Positions 21,340-32,193 of a DNA stretch of 49,264 nucleotides are shown in pieces. Numbering within the stretch: position 1 is the first letter of the stretch; every line of letters begins with the position of its first letter. Source of the stretch: Trichomonas gallinae (Eukaryota); assembly GCA_008369845.1 (NCBI GenBank), contig MRSU01007705.1, forward strand, positions 1 through 49,264. Direction: 5' to 3'. A program made the translations under genes and the position numbers. Under the pieces are notes generated by a model, which did no database searches, was not told the origin of the DNA, and saw nothing but the letters and a program-made list of their open reading frames with translations.

Positions 21340-21681
21340 TTACCAATCATTCAAGTCAATTTCTTTGCCTAGCATAAGGAAGAATTTGATGATTGATGTT
21401 TCTATTTGCTCTGTATTTACATTTTTAAGTTGACCTAATTTTGCACTTGAATAAATTCTTTCAATAATATCAGCAAGCTTTTGGGAATACGAATTATAGT
21501 AATAGTTTTGACGGTTTCCAACAATTAAAGCATTTTCTTTTAAATAATCTAAATATTTTGACATTTCTTTCACGAACTTCGACTTCATTTGCTCTTTAAT
21601 ACACGATTTCTCTGCAAGGATTAAAACAGAGTCTGTGAATTCCTTCGTACAATGTTCAAATTCCCCAAAATCAATAATCAT
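21340..21681 (-). CDS. hypothetical 113-aa protein (possibly a truncated gene)
   Basis: ATG preceded by two GTCACTTTT motifs on the minus strand; stop forms TAAA; no domain recognised. Confidence 0.5.
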   Translation of the reverse strand: MIIDFGEFEHCTKEFTDSVLILAEKSCIKEQMKSKFVKEMSKYLDYLKENALIVGNRQNYYYNSYSQKLADIIERIYSSAKLGQLKNVNTEQIETSIIKFFLMLGKEIDLNDW

Positions 21682-22238
21682 GATATAAAAAGTGACAATA
21701 TCATAATAAAAAGTGACATAATTATGAATGTTTCCATTTTTATCATTTTCTTATGTAGTTGAACATAATAAACAGCTAAAATTACATCAATAAAGCTCAC
21801 AACTTTGACACCAATTCATCCAATTCTGGTGATTCTTTAAAAATATTTCGCAACAATAAATATTATCAAATTTCATGTTATGATTACAGTCATCTTAAGA
21901 TTCTAGAATCTTGATCAAGTAGTTTCTATTCTTATAATATCAAGTAATATTGTTGAAAATATTAATTTCAATATCAAAATATGATTTTTGGAGCTCCAAA
22001 GCAATAATATGTATATAACTAGCCGAATTATGTCATATAGTATGAATAAATATTATTTGTGTGTTAGAAATTTAATTATGACTATTTTATAGTCAAAGCC
22101 ATATATGGAATTTGTAGATAATCTTTGATTTTATGTGAGAAAAGTCGATTTGCAGATAAATGAGAATGATTTGAGAAACAAAAAATATTTCATGTGCGAT
22201 AATCATTAATAGGCAGACTTTTTATTACTAAATCATTT

Positions 22239-22826
22239 TTATTTGATGAAGCGCTGGATTCTCCTAAACTTGGAAGTACGGCAAGCCTGGAGAGCAGCAT
22301 CAAAAGTAGTATACAATTCAACTAAGCCCTGCGGTGTAATTTCGAGAGTTTCATTCTGTTTTGTCGTCTTTAAATTAACAACTACGTGTGGTCTTCTCAT
22401 AGATCTAAGCGCACGGCGGCCTATTTCAACTTGAAGACGCCAATCTAACGAAACGAAGTGTTCTGTATCCGGAGAGTTCTGAACTAATGTTTCTTTAACG
22501 CGCTGCATTACCTTGTCGTAAACTGCACGGACTTCATTTGTATTTAAGAAATCGATTTCTGCAATAAATTCGCGGAAGTTATCGGTTGTGCATTTTTGGC
22601 GCACGGCTTCGCAAACTACCCAAGCAAGAGCATCAATGGACTCCTGGTATGTCGGGAACTGGACGCCTGCTTCGCGTGCAAAAGATTTGATTTCTGTCTG
22701 TTCGATTTCACCGAATAAAAACAGCACAGCTTGCTCAAAAACCTTGTGAATCGGGACTTCGTCCGCAACTTGAGCGACAGATTTCATCGCTGAGCGAACA
22801 TGTGCCGGAAGAATCAATGTCGCCAT
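22239..22826 (-). CDS. COMMD2: COMM-domain protein, COMMD2-like
   Basis: HFVSLDWRLQVEIGRRALR...P.VVVNL...LVELYTTFDAAL..CRTSKFRRIQRFIK parallels the COMMD2 C-terminus (LEWRLDVQLASRSLR...RRVVRNIK). Confidence 0.85.
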   Translation of the reverse strand: MATLILPAHVRSAMKSVAQVADEVPIHKVFEQAVLFLFGEIEQTEIKSFAREAGVQFPTYQESIDALAWVVCEAVRQKCTTDNFREFIAEIDFLNTNEVRAVYDKVMQRVKETLVQNSPDTEHFVSLDWRLQVEIGRRALRSMRRPHVVVNLKTTKQNETLEITPQGLVELYTTFDAALQACRTSKFRRIQRFIK

Positions 22827-23652
22827 TGAAATTGAAGCGGTTTTTTCTTCTTCATTTTTTTATTTTTTGGGCTCAGCTATCTCTAAATGCACTAAATATT
22901 TGATTAAATAACTTTTTAATTTTTAATCATTGTCATTAAAACTCAAAAATGCATAATTTTTAAATAAACATCATCTACCAATTACACTGTTGTTAAATAT
23001 AAGGGAAAAGAAATTAAAAATATAATTTATATTTTGTTGACATGTAAACAAATAATTTGACATGTAAAAATAAAAATTCGATTTCTTAGATATCTAAGAT
23101 TCAAAACTATTCCATGGGTAAATACAATAGTTAAAACATCAACTGTGATTCAATACTAGAATGTTAACGAAATAAATTTGAAAGCACACATGTTAGAAAT
23201 CCTTTTTCGAGCACTAAAATGCTGACCCCAAAATCTGACATTTATCAAAAATTCACCAGGTTCATGTTCAGCATCAAATAGCGCTGGTGATTAGAACTGA
23301 ACTAACCTAGTAGGTGCAGAAAAGTGATAGATCCCTAAATGTGTATGATGGGAAGTGCTTCAACCAAAACCCCTAACTTTTGACTAAACACTTCTGTATG
23401 ATGGTGAAATTAATATTAAAATTTGAATTGAAAATAATCGTTTGGTAATTTAGTTTACACCGAAAAGTGTCATAACGATCATATTTTTTATCAATAAGGT
23501 TCTAAAACTGACTTTACGATTATTTTGTCACTTTTAGGTGATCAGATTTTTTAATCCGTAGGGAATTATTTCCTTTGCCTGTTCATTCCAAAAAAGCAAA
23601 AATTCGATCAAATTTTTGAATTAATAGTTGTTAAAAAAGTGGCATTTTTGAG

Positions 23653-24966
23653 ATGACAGAGACTTCACAAGAATTTCGCAATCACCGTGAGAGATTAGTC
23701 CAAGTATTCAAGGAGAACGGTATCGAGACAGGATTAATTATCTATAACAGCGCACCCCTTCGCCAAGAACCTTTCACAGGAAGTGATTATCATTTCTATC
23801 AAGAAGGACTCTTCTATTGGATGACAGGATGGGAGATGCCAGACTCTGTTATCACAATCGACATCGCCACAGGACATTCAACACTTTATATCCAGGAATA
23901 TGGAGATAGATACGAAATCTGGAACGGCCCAATTCCAAAGACAGATTCTATCGTCAAAGTTACAGGTGTTGATGAAGTTAAGTTCGTCCACGCCCTTCAA
24001 CACGATACTGCTGGCGTAGATTTATATGGTGCTGACAAGCAGTATGATATGCACGATAATACAGCATTGCTTTCAGCTGCTGGCATCGTCAGAAGAGTTA
24101 AGACACCATATGAGGTCGCAGCAATCAAGAAGGCAGCCGAATTAACATCAGAGGCCATCATCCACGTAATGAAGAACATTCAGCCAGGATGGACAGAACA
24201 GAGAGTCGATGCAGAATTCACATACATCGGTGCAAAGAACGGAGCTCGCGAAAAATCTTTCTTGACAATCGCTGCTTCAGGCCAGGATGCAGTTTACCTC
24301 CACAACAGCGCAAATGAGGGTGTTTGCAATGATGGTGAACTCCTTTTACTCGATTGTGGCTTCTTCTGGGATCATTATGCTGGTGATATCACAAGAACAT
24401 TCCCAGTCAACGGAAAATTCAGTGACATCCAGCGCACAGTTTACTCCGCATTGCTCAAGAAGCAAATTGAGCTCTGCGAGATGGTTAAGCCTGGATTAAC
24501 ATTTACCGACATGAACAGGAATATGCACGAAAGAATGTATCAAGTCCTTGTCGAAATCAACTTAGTTAAGAACCCAGAACAAGCTAATGAATTTACTCTC
24601 GATATCGCAAAATTCTTTACACCACACGGCTTAACTCACCATGTTGGCTGCAACGTTCATGATGTCAACTACGAAAAGTCAGATAAGATCAAAGATACAT
24701 ACGAATTATCAAGAACATGTGCTACTGGAAATATCATTACAATCGAGCCAGGTCTTTACTTCCACAAGACAAGAATCCTTAACGAGATCAAGAATCCTCA
24801 GCTCAAGGGCCACGAGTTCGTAGATTGGGACTTTGCTATCGAACTTGCTGACAAAGTTGGCGGAATCAGAATTGAAGATGATCTCCTTGTTACTGAAAAC
24901 GGCTATGAGAGACTTAGCCCATGCCCGAAGTCTGTTGAAGAGATTGAACAAATCATGAAACATTAA
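23653..24966 (+). CDS. Xaa-Pro dipeptidase/aminopeptidase P (peptidase M24B)
   Basis: AMP_N-type N-terminus (FYQEGLFYWMTG) and metal ligands LLDCG, AGDITRT, HGLTHHVG..VHD, TIEPG, GGIRIEDD. Confidence 0.95.
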   Translation: MTETSQEFRNHRERLVQVFKENGIETGLIIYNSAPLRQEPFTGSDYHFYQEGLFYWMTGWEMPDSVITIDIATGHSTLYIQEYGDRYEIWNGPIPKTDSIVKVTGVDEVKFVHALQHDTAGVDLYGADKQYDMHDNTALLSAAGIVRRVKTPYEVAAIKKAAELTSEAIIHVMKNIQPGWTEQRVDAEFTYIGAKNGAREKSFLTIAASGQDAVYLHNSANEGVCNDGELLLLDCGFFWDHYAGDITRTFPVNGKFSDIQRTVYSALLKKQIELCEMVKPGLTFTDMNRNMHERMYQVLVEINLVKNPEQANEFTLDIAKFFTPHGLTHHVGCNVHDVNYEKSDKIKDTYELSRTCATGNIITIEPGLYFHKTRILNEIKNPQLKGHEFVDWDFAIELADKVGGIRIEDDLLVTENGYERLSPCPKSVEEIEQIMKH

Positions 24967-25092
24967 ATTTTAGCCAATCCTATCTAAAAGTACTTTTTTG
25001 CAATATATAAAAAACATTTTATATATAAATTTGTCATTACTGAACGAAATTGTAAAATTTTCCGAATTTCTACATTTTTTAGCCAAATGGAG

Positions 25093-25260
25093 TGAAAATC
25101 GTTTATTGTAAGCGATATACTTAGTTTTCATTGATCAATTTTGCATATTTTTCCAAATATTGCGTATTTTTCCTTATAATTGCATATTTTTGCAATATGA
25201 TGCGGAAATTGTTTACTGAAAGCTATATACTTAGTTTTCATTAATCATTTTGTGAATATT
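25093..25260. repeat. ~55-bp direct repeat (period 110) enclosing three ~20-bp TTGCATATTTTT units
   Basis: ATATACTTAGTTTTCATT at ~25115 and ~25225; TTGC(A/G)TATTTTT at ~25141, 25160 and 25180. Confidence 0.8.
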
Positions 25261-25280
25261 CATCTAGTTTTCAGTGTTTT

Positions 25281-27056
25281 TTAGATGATTTCTCCGATGG
25301 CCATTAAAAGATTTGTATCAGAAAATTTGATTCTGCGCGGTGTTGAGTTTTTAGCTTTTGTCCTCTTTATAGGTTTTTCTGCTATTTCTAATCTCGATGA
25401 AATCGCTTGAAAATCCCAAATCGCAATATCTTCTCCTGCTGATGCAATAATTGTTCCTTCCTTTGATACAGATATATCCGACACGAAATTATCTTTGTGC
25501 GCGTCTAAAATTTCGAGAATTTTTTGATCCATTCTAATATCCCAAATATTCATATTTCCGCAATCATCACCGCATATGAGGTACTTTCCGTTTGGATGGA
25601 AGGCCAAACACGTTGGAATAGATTTGAGATCGAGTTTTCTCACAGATTCTCCGCGGCAAACATCAAAAATCCTAACAGATCCATCCAATGATGCAGTTGC
25701 TAATATTTGCGCGTTTTGATGAAACTTTATTGCTGTAACATCTTGAGAATGACCGACAAAACTTCGAATTGGCTTTGTTTTGTCGAAGCAGTACAAATTT
25801 GCTGTTGAATCTGAAGATCCGATAGCGTAGTAGTATCCATATGGATTCCAGTCGCAACACCAGTTAATTGATGGAGTTTGATTGTAAATTACAGTATTAC
25901 TGTTGAGGCAAGACCAAATTCTGTAGTGGAACGGCCCACATGTTAACAATAATGTTGAATCATGCGAGAAAGCTGAGTAATTCGATCTTTGTCCAATTAA
26001 AGATCTTGAAAAATAGTTCTTTTTGCTAGAAACCGGTGATCGTGGTACCATTAAGTGATTGAGAAGTTCAAATTCTGGTGATGTTCTCTCGTTTATTGGA
26101 GATTCTGATGGAATTAGATTATCTATATCAATATTTGCATCTAGTGTAAATAGTTTAGTGATAGAAGATTTTGCACAGACTGATAACAAAGATCCACTAT
26201 CATTAATATCATAATATGCATTATGATTTGAAAAATTAAAATATGCACAAGTAGGTAGTGAATCTTTTGATAATCTGTCGCAATTAATGAAATTTGATGC
26301 TGTATATAATATCTCTTCCATATCAATTCTCGGTAAATTATAAAGAGATGTTGCTCGTTCACTTGATGCATCAAAAATTGCAAGTTTTTTGTCATTCATA
26401 TCATTGAAAATAAGGAACTCATTGGACAAATCGATTATATTATCAGTTAAAAGGCTAACAACTGGGTCGTAGATGATTTTTGATTCATTTGATAAAGAAA
26501 GCGAAGCTATATTGTCCAATGTGCGTTTCATCTGTGTGCTACTCGAAATTATCTTAACATCTACGTTTTGTTGCAGTATATTAAGAAAAATCGTAAATTT
26601 TTGGTCTTTTAAATAGGCTAATAGTGTGTAAAACGATGTTTTTGTAATGCTTACTTTGTATGATTTATGTTCGAAGTTAGTTGTGTTGTATGTAAGCATT
26701 ATATCTAAATTCGTGATTTCTTGATTATAATATTTTTTGAAATTATTCGAATGTTGGTTGATAAAACTTCGTATTATGTCTTTCTTGATACTTGATTTGA
26801 TCATTATAATTGATGAATCGTAAAAAAATATGAAAAGTAAAGGCAAAAGTTCGATTTTGATCTGCCCACTTAGAGATTCAACCCAAGTGCTTAGATCTTG
26901 ATAGTATTTTGGTAATTGATTTGCTTTAGCATTTACCGTTTCGTTTTTTATAAATTTATTTAGAGAAGAATCAGGATTTTTGGGCTGTCCAAACGGCCAC
27001 ACGTAAGACTCTTGAACACCTAGTCCAAATTCTTGAAAAATTTTCGTAGGATCCAT
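25281..27056 (-). CDS. TAF5: TAF5-like TFIID subunit (NTD2 plus WD40)
   Basis: YQDLSTWVESL....KIELLPLLFIFF fits TAF5 NTD2; WD repeats WNPYGYYYAIGSSD, PIRSFVGHSQDV..IKFHQN..ILATASLDGSVRIFD, LAFHPNGKYL match TAF5 repeats. Confidence 0.8.
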   Translation of the reverse strand: MDPTKIFQEFGLGVQESYVWPFGQPKNPDSSLNKFIKNETVNAKANQLPKYYQDLSTWVESLSGQIKIELLPLLFIFFYDSSIIMIKSSIKKDIIRSFINQHSNNFKKYYNQEITNLDIMLTYNTTNFEHKSYKVSITKTSFYTLLAYLKDQKFTIFLNILQQNVDVKIISSSTQMKRTLDNIASLSLSNESKIIYDPVVSLLTDNIIDLSNEFLIFNDMNDKKLAIFDASSERATSLYNLPRIDMEEILYTASNFINCDRLSKDSLPTCAYFNFSNHNAYYDINDSGSLLSVCAKSSITKLFTLDANIDIDNLIPSESPINERTSPEFELLNHLMVPRSPVSSKKNYFSRSLIGQRSNYSAFSHDSTLLLTCGPFHYRIWSCLNSNTVIYNQTPSINWCCDWNPYGYYYAIGSSDSTANLYCFDKTKPIRSFVGHSQDVTAIKFHQNAQILATASLDGSVRIFDVCRGESVRKLDLKSIPTCLAFHPNGKYLICGDDCGNMNIWDIRMDQKILEILDAHKDNFVSDISVSKEGTIIASAGEDIAIWDFQAISSRLEIAEKPIKRTKAKNSTPRRIKFSDTNLLMAIGEII

Positions 27057-27594
27057 TCAATTAATAATTAAAAATATCAAATCTTGAAAAAATGACAGAA
27101 ATGATATATTTTCATATGGCAAAAAGTGAAATTAAGAATCAGTAGATTCTTAATTTAAAAGGAAAGAAACCAAAAATGTTTTTGCTGTCAGAAAGCGAAA
27201 ATTTACAATGTCAAATTGTCAGATATTTTTCCAATAAATGTAATTCTTCATGTGTATAACGCATAGGATGGACATAATCGTTGTGCAGATCTTTATTTGT
27301 TTGCAGCACATGTTTTATAAAATAAAATATATTTTCATTTAAAGCCAAAATGATATGAATTAATGCGAGTCCAGTCAAATAGATCATCTGCAAGTACCAC
27401 TTTTTGCAAGCTTAAATTTTCCCATGTAAATGTGCAAACACCAATTGTCAAAAATTCATCATACTCATGTTCGATTCGAAAGATTCCGCTGGGAAGATCA
27501 GGTATCCGCACCTTTGCTTATGTAAATATCAGAAACAGAATTACTTTGGGGATTTTTGCAAGAACAATAAATTTTTTAAATTTAGAGCTCTAAT

Positions 27595-27675
27595 TGTCAC
27601 TTTTAGAGGTATTAAATTTATCACTTTTTTGAAATTTTAGAGTCGTCACTTTTTTATTAAATCTGTCACTTTTAT
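27595..27675 (+). promoter_or_regulatory. cluster of four (G/A)TCACTTTT initiator/motif-2 elements
   Basis: Copies at ~27596, 27620, 27645 and 27665, directly upstream of ATG 27680. Confidence 0.65.
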
Positions 27676-27679
27676 TACA

Positions 27680-28273
27680 ATGGGTGAAGATTTGCTGGAT
27701 CCATCAAAGATAATAATAACAGCATGCTTTGAGGACAGGACCCGCAAAAGATTCACTCTCAATAAAGATATAACAGTTGAGAATTTCTTAAAAATGATAA
27801 TTGCTGATCCGAGCATTACAAAACCACAGAAATCAAATCCGTGCATTATCAAGGACGGACATTTATACGACCATGATGAAAATCTCGCATTAGATTCTAA
27901 TCAAAAAGAGTTTCTTGTAAATGTTATTTGGGAGCCATATATCAGAGTTCCTAAAGTAACAACGAATATCTTTGGAATGCAGGACATAGATTACGATGAT
28001 GACAATACAATTGTATTAGAAGAAACAATTGATGATATTGCAGATCTTCTTCCAAATTTATTCTTTGGAAGAATAAACGCTAATGAGATGCGAATATGCG
28101 GTTTCATTGGCGTGAAAAGATTTTTATTTGGGTTTATATTAGGAATAATTGCAGGACCATTTTCATTATTCATTTTTCCATGTTACGACTTCGATCTGAG
28201 CAATATACTAGGTGTATCTCTCGGAGTAATTGTTTGGATTATTGGATTTTTACTCATTACAATCAAGAAATAG
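27680..28273 (+). CDS. ubiquitin-like domain protein with C-terminal TM hairpin (Dsc3/DUF2407-like)
   Basis: N-terminal UBL-like segment (ITVENFLKMI...IIKDGHLYDHDENL) and C-terminal FLFGFILGIIAGPFSLFIF...ILGVSLGVIVWI. Confidence 0.55.
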   Translation: MGEDLLDPSKIIITACFEDRTRKRFTLNKDITVENFLKMIIADPSITKPQKSNPCIIKDGHLYDHDENLALDSNQKEFLVNVIWEPYIRVPKVTTNIFGMQDIDYDDDNTIVLEETIDDIADLLPNLFFGRINANEMRICGFIGVKRFLFGFILGIIAGPFSLFIFPCYDFDLSNILGVSLGVIVWIIGFLLITIKK

Positions 28274-28946
28274 AATGTGTTTTGTTTGTTTGTATGCGTC
28301 TTTTAATAAAAATGCATATACTGTGTTGTATCCTATAATAGTTACAACTGATTTCGACATATTGAAAATTTTCAATCAAGATCACAAACAATTTGATAAG
28401 TTATTATGATGAAACTCCTTGGTGTTACCATAATAGTTAATTTTTTTTAATAAAATGGATAAAATATTTTTTTGAGTTGATGGATATGAAAAGTGAAATG
28501 CAGAGAAAAATGCTCAGCTCTTAGTCTCACCACCTCACTAACTATGTCAGTTGACCAATAAAGAATAATATTTATGTCAGCTCTCGGTCTCACCGAGTGC
28601 AATAAACCAATGATGCACTTGTTTTGTTTGAAGGAGCCGACACAGTGAATGAGAATTAATTTGCGAGCTGTGTTCTTTCTGTTTCGATGTGTGACGCATC
28701 AATGGGTGACACACAGTGTTTTCTACCACTTCTTGCTGCGTCAGATATAAAAACAAGAATTTTTCTAGTTTTTGTGAGTTCTCATTCTCAACGAATGGAA
28801 TGAATCAGTGAGTTTTTTTGCACTCTTTGAGAATGAGAATTTCCACAAACAGAGTTCCTTCTTTCGAAATATCAAACGAATTGTATATAAGATCTTATAT
28901 TTCGTTAATAACATTTAATAAAACAATAACAAATATAAATACAAAA

Positions 28947-31595
28947 TTAGTATGAGCTTGTGATTTCTCTCTTTGTATTTTCTGCAAGCTGAACAAGATA
29001 CACATCATTACTAAAGCTGTTTTTGATCCATAACAAAGTCGACAATACACTTTTCTTGTTCAAATTCGCAAAAATTTCGTGCTTTGGATATTTGTTAGGA
29101 TTTATCATCATGTTTCCAATTATATTTCTAACAAATTCCATAACTCCAACTGCCATGTTGTAGTTCATAGAATCAATCGGAATTGCAATTGTTGGATAAA
29201 ATAAAACTTCATTCCTCTTGATAATCTCAGCGGTAAACTCTTGTTTCGATTCAATAGACCTTTCTAATATAGAAATTATTGCACTGTTGAACTTCAACAA
29301 TTCACACAAAATATCCCTGATATTCCTAACGCTTGCCTTATCATTTTCGTCGAAGCTGATTTCTTTGATTCTGCATGGTATAGAAATAAGTGCATCATAG
29401 TAGTTTATCGCTACAGAACTGTTGGACATAATCACAGAAGTCAGAGCAATCAGAATATAACGAAAAACAGGCTGATCGAAGCAAACATTGGCTAAATCTA
29501 GTAAACTTTCTATGAACATAGCTGCGTGCTCACTGTATATATTTCTTGCATGTTTAAAAACAGCATCAATAAAGAAGAAGGCGTAATTGAAGCCTGTAGC
29601 TGATACATCATGAGGAATGGAATCCAACAACTGTATTGGAAAGTCTCCAAGCCTATTTCTAACGTTCGAATTAGATTTCATTAAAATCTCCAACGCGAAT
29701 AATGCCATATTCTTTAAATCTCCGATCACCCACTCCTCATTCTCTTCAGTTGCAGCGAAATATGTGAAAAAGAAGTCCCAAAGTTGAAATGAATTTTCTT
29801 GTGGGAGCTCATTCTTATATATCAAGAATCCAATTATCTCGATTATAGAAGCCTTGATGTGGTCAGGAGCCTCAGCGGGGAGACTAGTCAAAAGCTGAAT
29901 AAAAGCAGAACAGACTTGTAATTTTTCTGCCAAAATCTTCTTCGGCAAAGCAACAATGCATTCTATGTACGCTTTTCTAATTTGTTGTATTAGATTGAAA
30001 TCATCAGCATTGTTGACCAGTAAATTCAGGACCAGCTCTGATACAGGTGGGAATAGCTCAACAACTTTGTTGGAAACCACGGTTTGATTGGAATGATATA
30101 ATTTGCAGAAAGATTTCAACAACCTTAGTGAATTTCTCAAAAATTCTTTCGATGAGTTTAATCCTTCTATAATTAATGTTCTGACAAAGTCCACAGCTTC
30201 CTGCTGCTCTAGAACTGTGTGTTGGCAGCATTTAATCGCTGCTTTGATGACACGTGTTATTATTGACTGGATTCTGATGATATCTGAGTTCATGAAATTC
30301 ATCAAAAATGATTGATTTGATTCGTCGGGGAGAATAAAATAACTAAAACATTCGTCAGCTGATTCACATTTCGAAGTGAATACTGATAAAATACCCATGA
30401 GCCCTGCGCAAACAAGTTTCCAGTCAGATGAATTTAGTAGATCTTTAAATTCGTCGATTTGCTCATTGATGATGTTTGAGTCAACTAATCCGAAATAATA
30501 CAAAGTTTGGCTGGCTTCTGTTGCAATGCTGATGTCTTCTTCACAGAGGAACTCAATTCCACTATCAGTATCACTCAAACCATTCAAGTTTTGAACAATT
30601 AATGGAGAAAATGTTGAACCAAATTTTGAAATTATTCTTTCTTCTGGGGGCTTGACTAAAATGTAAGGCACCAAGTTCTCATATTTGGCAACTTTCCTCA
30701 AAAACTTCATTGAATGCTTAACTGAATAAGGATTATCTGATGCAAGATGATTTCCTGCAAATTCGAAGAGATGGACGAGCATTTCTTCATTTCTGCAAAT
30801 GCTTAAATAATTAGCTTCAACAAACCTGGCTAAAGCTGAAAACATCGATTTTATTATTTCCGGAGTTGATTCATTCGTTACTTGATCAAAATAATTGATG
30901 CACAAAGTGATAAAGTCAGAATTACTCCATATGGTTCTGTTAAACATTCTAATACATATATTTTCGATGAGATTAAAAACATTTTCATAAGATTCAGGAA
31001 CAGTAATGTAAGTGTTGAGTATTCTCAGTATTGATGCAACAATATTTGCTCTGTCAACGATTATTGTCAATGAATTTAGCATTTTCTGTCCAAATAAGTA
31101 AGATAACATATTTAAAATGGTAATTTTTGAATTTAATTCTGAATAATCAACGAATAGTAGATCTACTAATGTAAAATAGTACTGAGATGAGCGTGAATAC
31201 ATCAAATCAAAGGCAACAATTCTGGCCAAGATAATCGAAACGTAAATCGTTGCGTTTTGATCGGAATTTATAGCTGGATTGAGTAGTAAGTTGATTAAAG
31301 CTGATTTTACAGCTTCATCTTGTTGGTAATTCTGGTTAAATTCGTTCCAAAATAGAAATGCTTTGTTAAAAGTGTCGAGTTTTGATCCTTCTAGTAGTGA
31401 TTTCAGCTGTGTGAGACCAAATAGTACGATAATTTTACTTAAATTCGGATTTAATAGAGAAATAGAATATAACAAAAATAATTTTGGGTCTTGGATACGT
31501 AATTGTTGTAGAACATTCAGAGCATCTTGGTTTGGATTGCTAATATTATATGCGCTTTCAACAAACTCCAAGAATTGCTCTGATGAAGAAATCAT
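28947..31595 (-). CDS. importin-beta-like HEAT-repeat protein
   Basis: ~880 aa all-helical; N-terminal karyopherin-like segment and LNSSDWK motif resembling importin-beta xxxDWR. Likely start ATG 31595 (MISSSEQF); the ORF is open up to 31769. Confidence 0.65.
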   Translation of the reverse strand: MISSSEQFLEFVESAYNISNPNQDALNVLQQLRIQDPKLFLLYSISLLNPNLSKIIVLFGLTQLKSLLEGSKLDTFNKAFLFWNEFNQNYQQDEAVKSALINLLLNPAINSDQNATIYVSIILARIVAFDLMYSRSSQYYFTLVDLLFVDYSELNSKITILNMLSYLFGQKMLNSLTIIVDRANIVASILRILNTYITVPESYENVFNLIENICIRMFNRTIWSNSDFITLCINYFDQVTNESTPEIIKSMFSALARFVEANYLSICRNEEMLVHLFEFAGNHLASDNPYSVKHSMKFLRKVAKYENLVPYILVKPPEERIISKFGSTFSPLIVQNLNGLSDTDSGIEFLCEEDISIATEASQTLYYFGLVDSNIINEQIDEFKDLLNSSDWKLVCAGLMGILSVFTSKCESADECFSYFILPDESNQSFLMNFMNSDIIRIQSIITRVIKAAIKCCQHTVLEQQEAVDFVRTLIIEGLNSSKEFLRNSLRLLKSFCKLYHSNQTVVSNKVVELFPPVSELVLNLLVNNADDFNLIQQIRKAYIECIVALPKKILAEKLQVCSAFIQLLTSLPAEAPDHIKASIIEIIGFLIYKNELPQENSFQLWDFFFTYFAATEENEEWVIGDLKNMALFALEILMKSNSNVRNRLGDFPIQLLDSIPHDVSATGFNYAFFFIDAVFKHARNIYSEHAAMFIESLLDLANVCFDQPVFRYILIALTSVIMSNSSVAINYYDALISIPCRIKEISFDENDKASVRNIRDILCELLKFNSAIISILERSIESKQEFTAEIIKRNEVLFYPTIAIPIDSMNYNMAVGVMEFVRNIIGNMMINPNKYPKHEIFANLNKKSVLSTLLWIKNSFSNDVYLVQLAENTKREITSSY

Positions 31596-31769
31596 AAATT
31601 TTACACAACAAAATTTGACAAAAAATTGAACAAAAAATGAGCAAATTTCTAACATAGGTAGGTATACATCATAGTTTATCTTGTCTATATACATTTGCAT
31701 TGGGATAATTTCTTGCATATTCCATACCAATCGAGAAAGAAATAAATTTATTTGCTCGACGAAATCCAT

Positions 31770-32105
31770 AATTAGCTTCTTTGAACAAGCAAGATTTGAC
31801 TCATATTCTGATTGAATCTGGCAGCGATATTAACTGCTGTGATGAAGACAATTGAACAGCTTTAATTTGGGCATCAAGAATTTGTCAAATTCCTTCTCAC
31901 ACTACCTAGAATAGATGTCAATGAATCTAACAAAACAGCTTTAATTTGTGCTCCAAGAAATGGTCATAATAAATTTTTCAAACACCTTCTCACAGTTCCT
32001 GGAATTGGTGTTAATGAATTCAACAACACAGCTTTGATTTATGCAACAGATTGGAGTCATGATGAAATAGGAAAAATGTTGCAAGATCATGGTGCAATTA
32101 TTTAA
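31770..32105 (+). pseudogene. ankyrin-repeat pseudogene
   Basis: Translates to DLTHILIESGSDINCCDEDN*TALIWASR, a frameshift, then FVKFLLTLPRIDVNESNKTALICAPRNGHNKFFKHLLTVPGIGVNEFNNTALIYATDWSHDEIGKMLQDHGAII*. In-frame TGA at 31853-31855. Confidence 0.85.
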
Positions 32106-32193
32106 ATAATTTATGCATAAATGATGATTCTATTTTGACGAATATTTAGATGACAAAAAATAAAGAAGTATTTATATATACAAAAATTATAGG

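Noticed and set aside
22057..22067. Minus-strand CTAACACACAA resembles the Trichomonas intron branch/3' motif ACTAACACACAG.
   Set aside because: It lacks the terminal AG and the leading A, and lies outside any ORF.
23250..23410. TCACCAG/CTGGTGA stem and two TGTATGATGG copies as a possible C/D snoRNA.
   Set aside because: The C box is non-canonical (ATGATGG) and no suitably placed CTGA D box with a terminal stem was seen.
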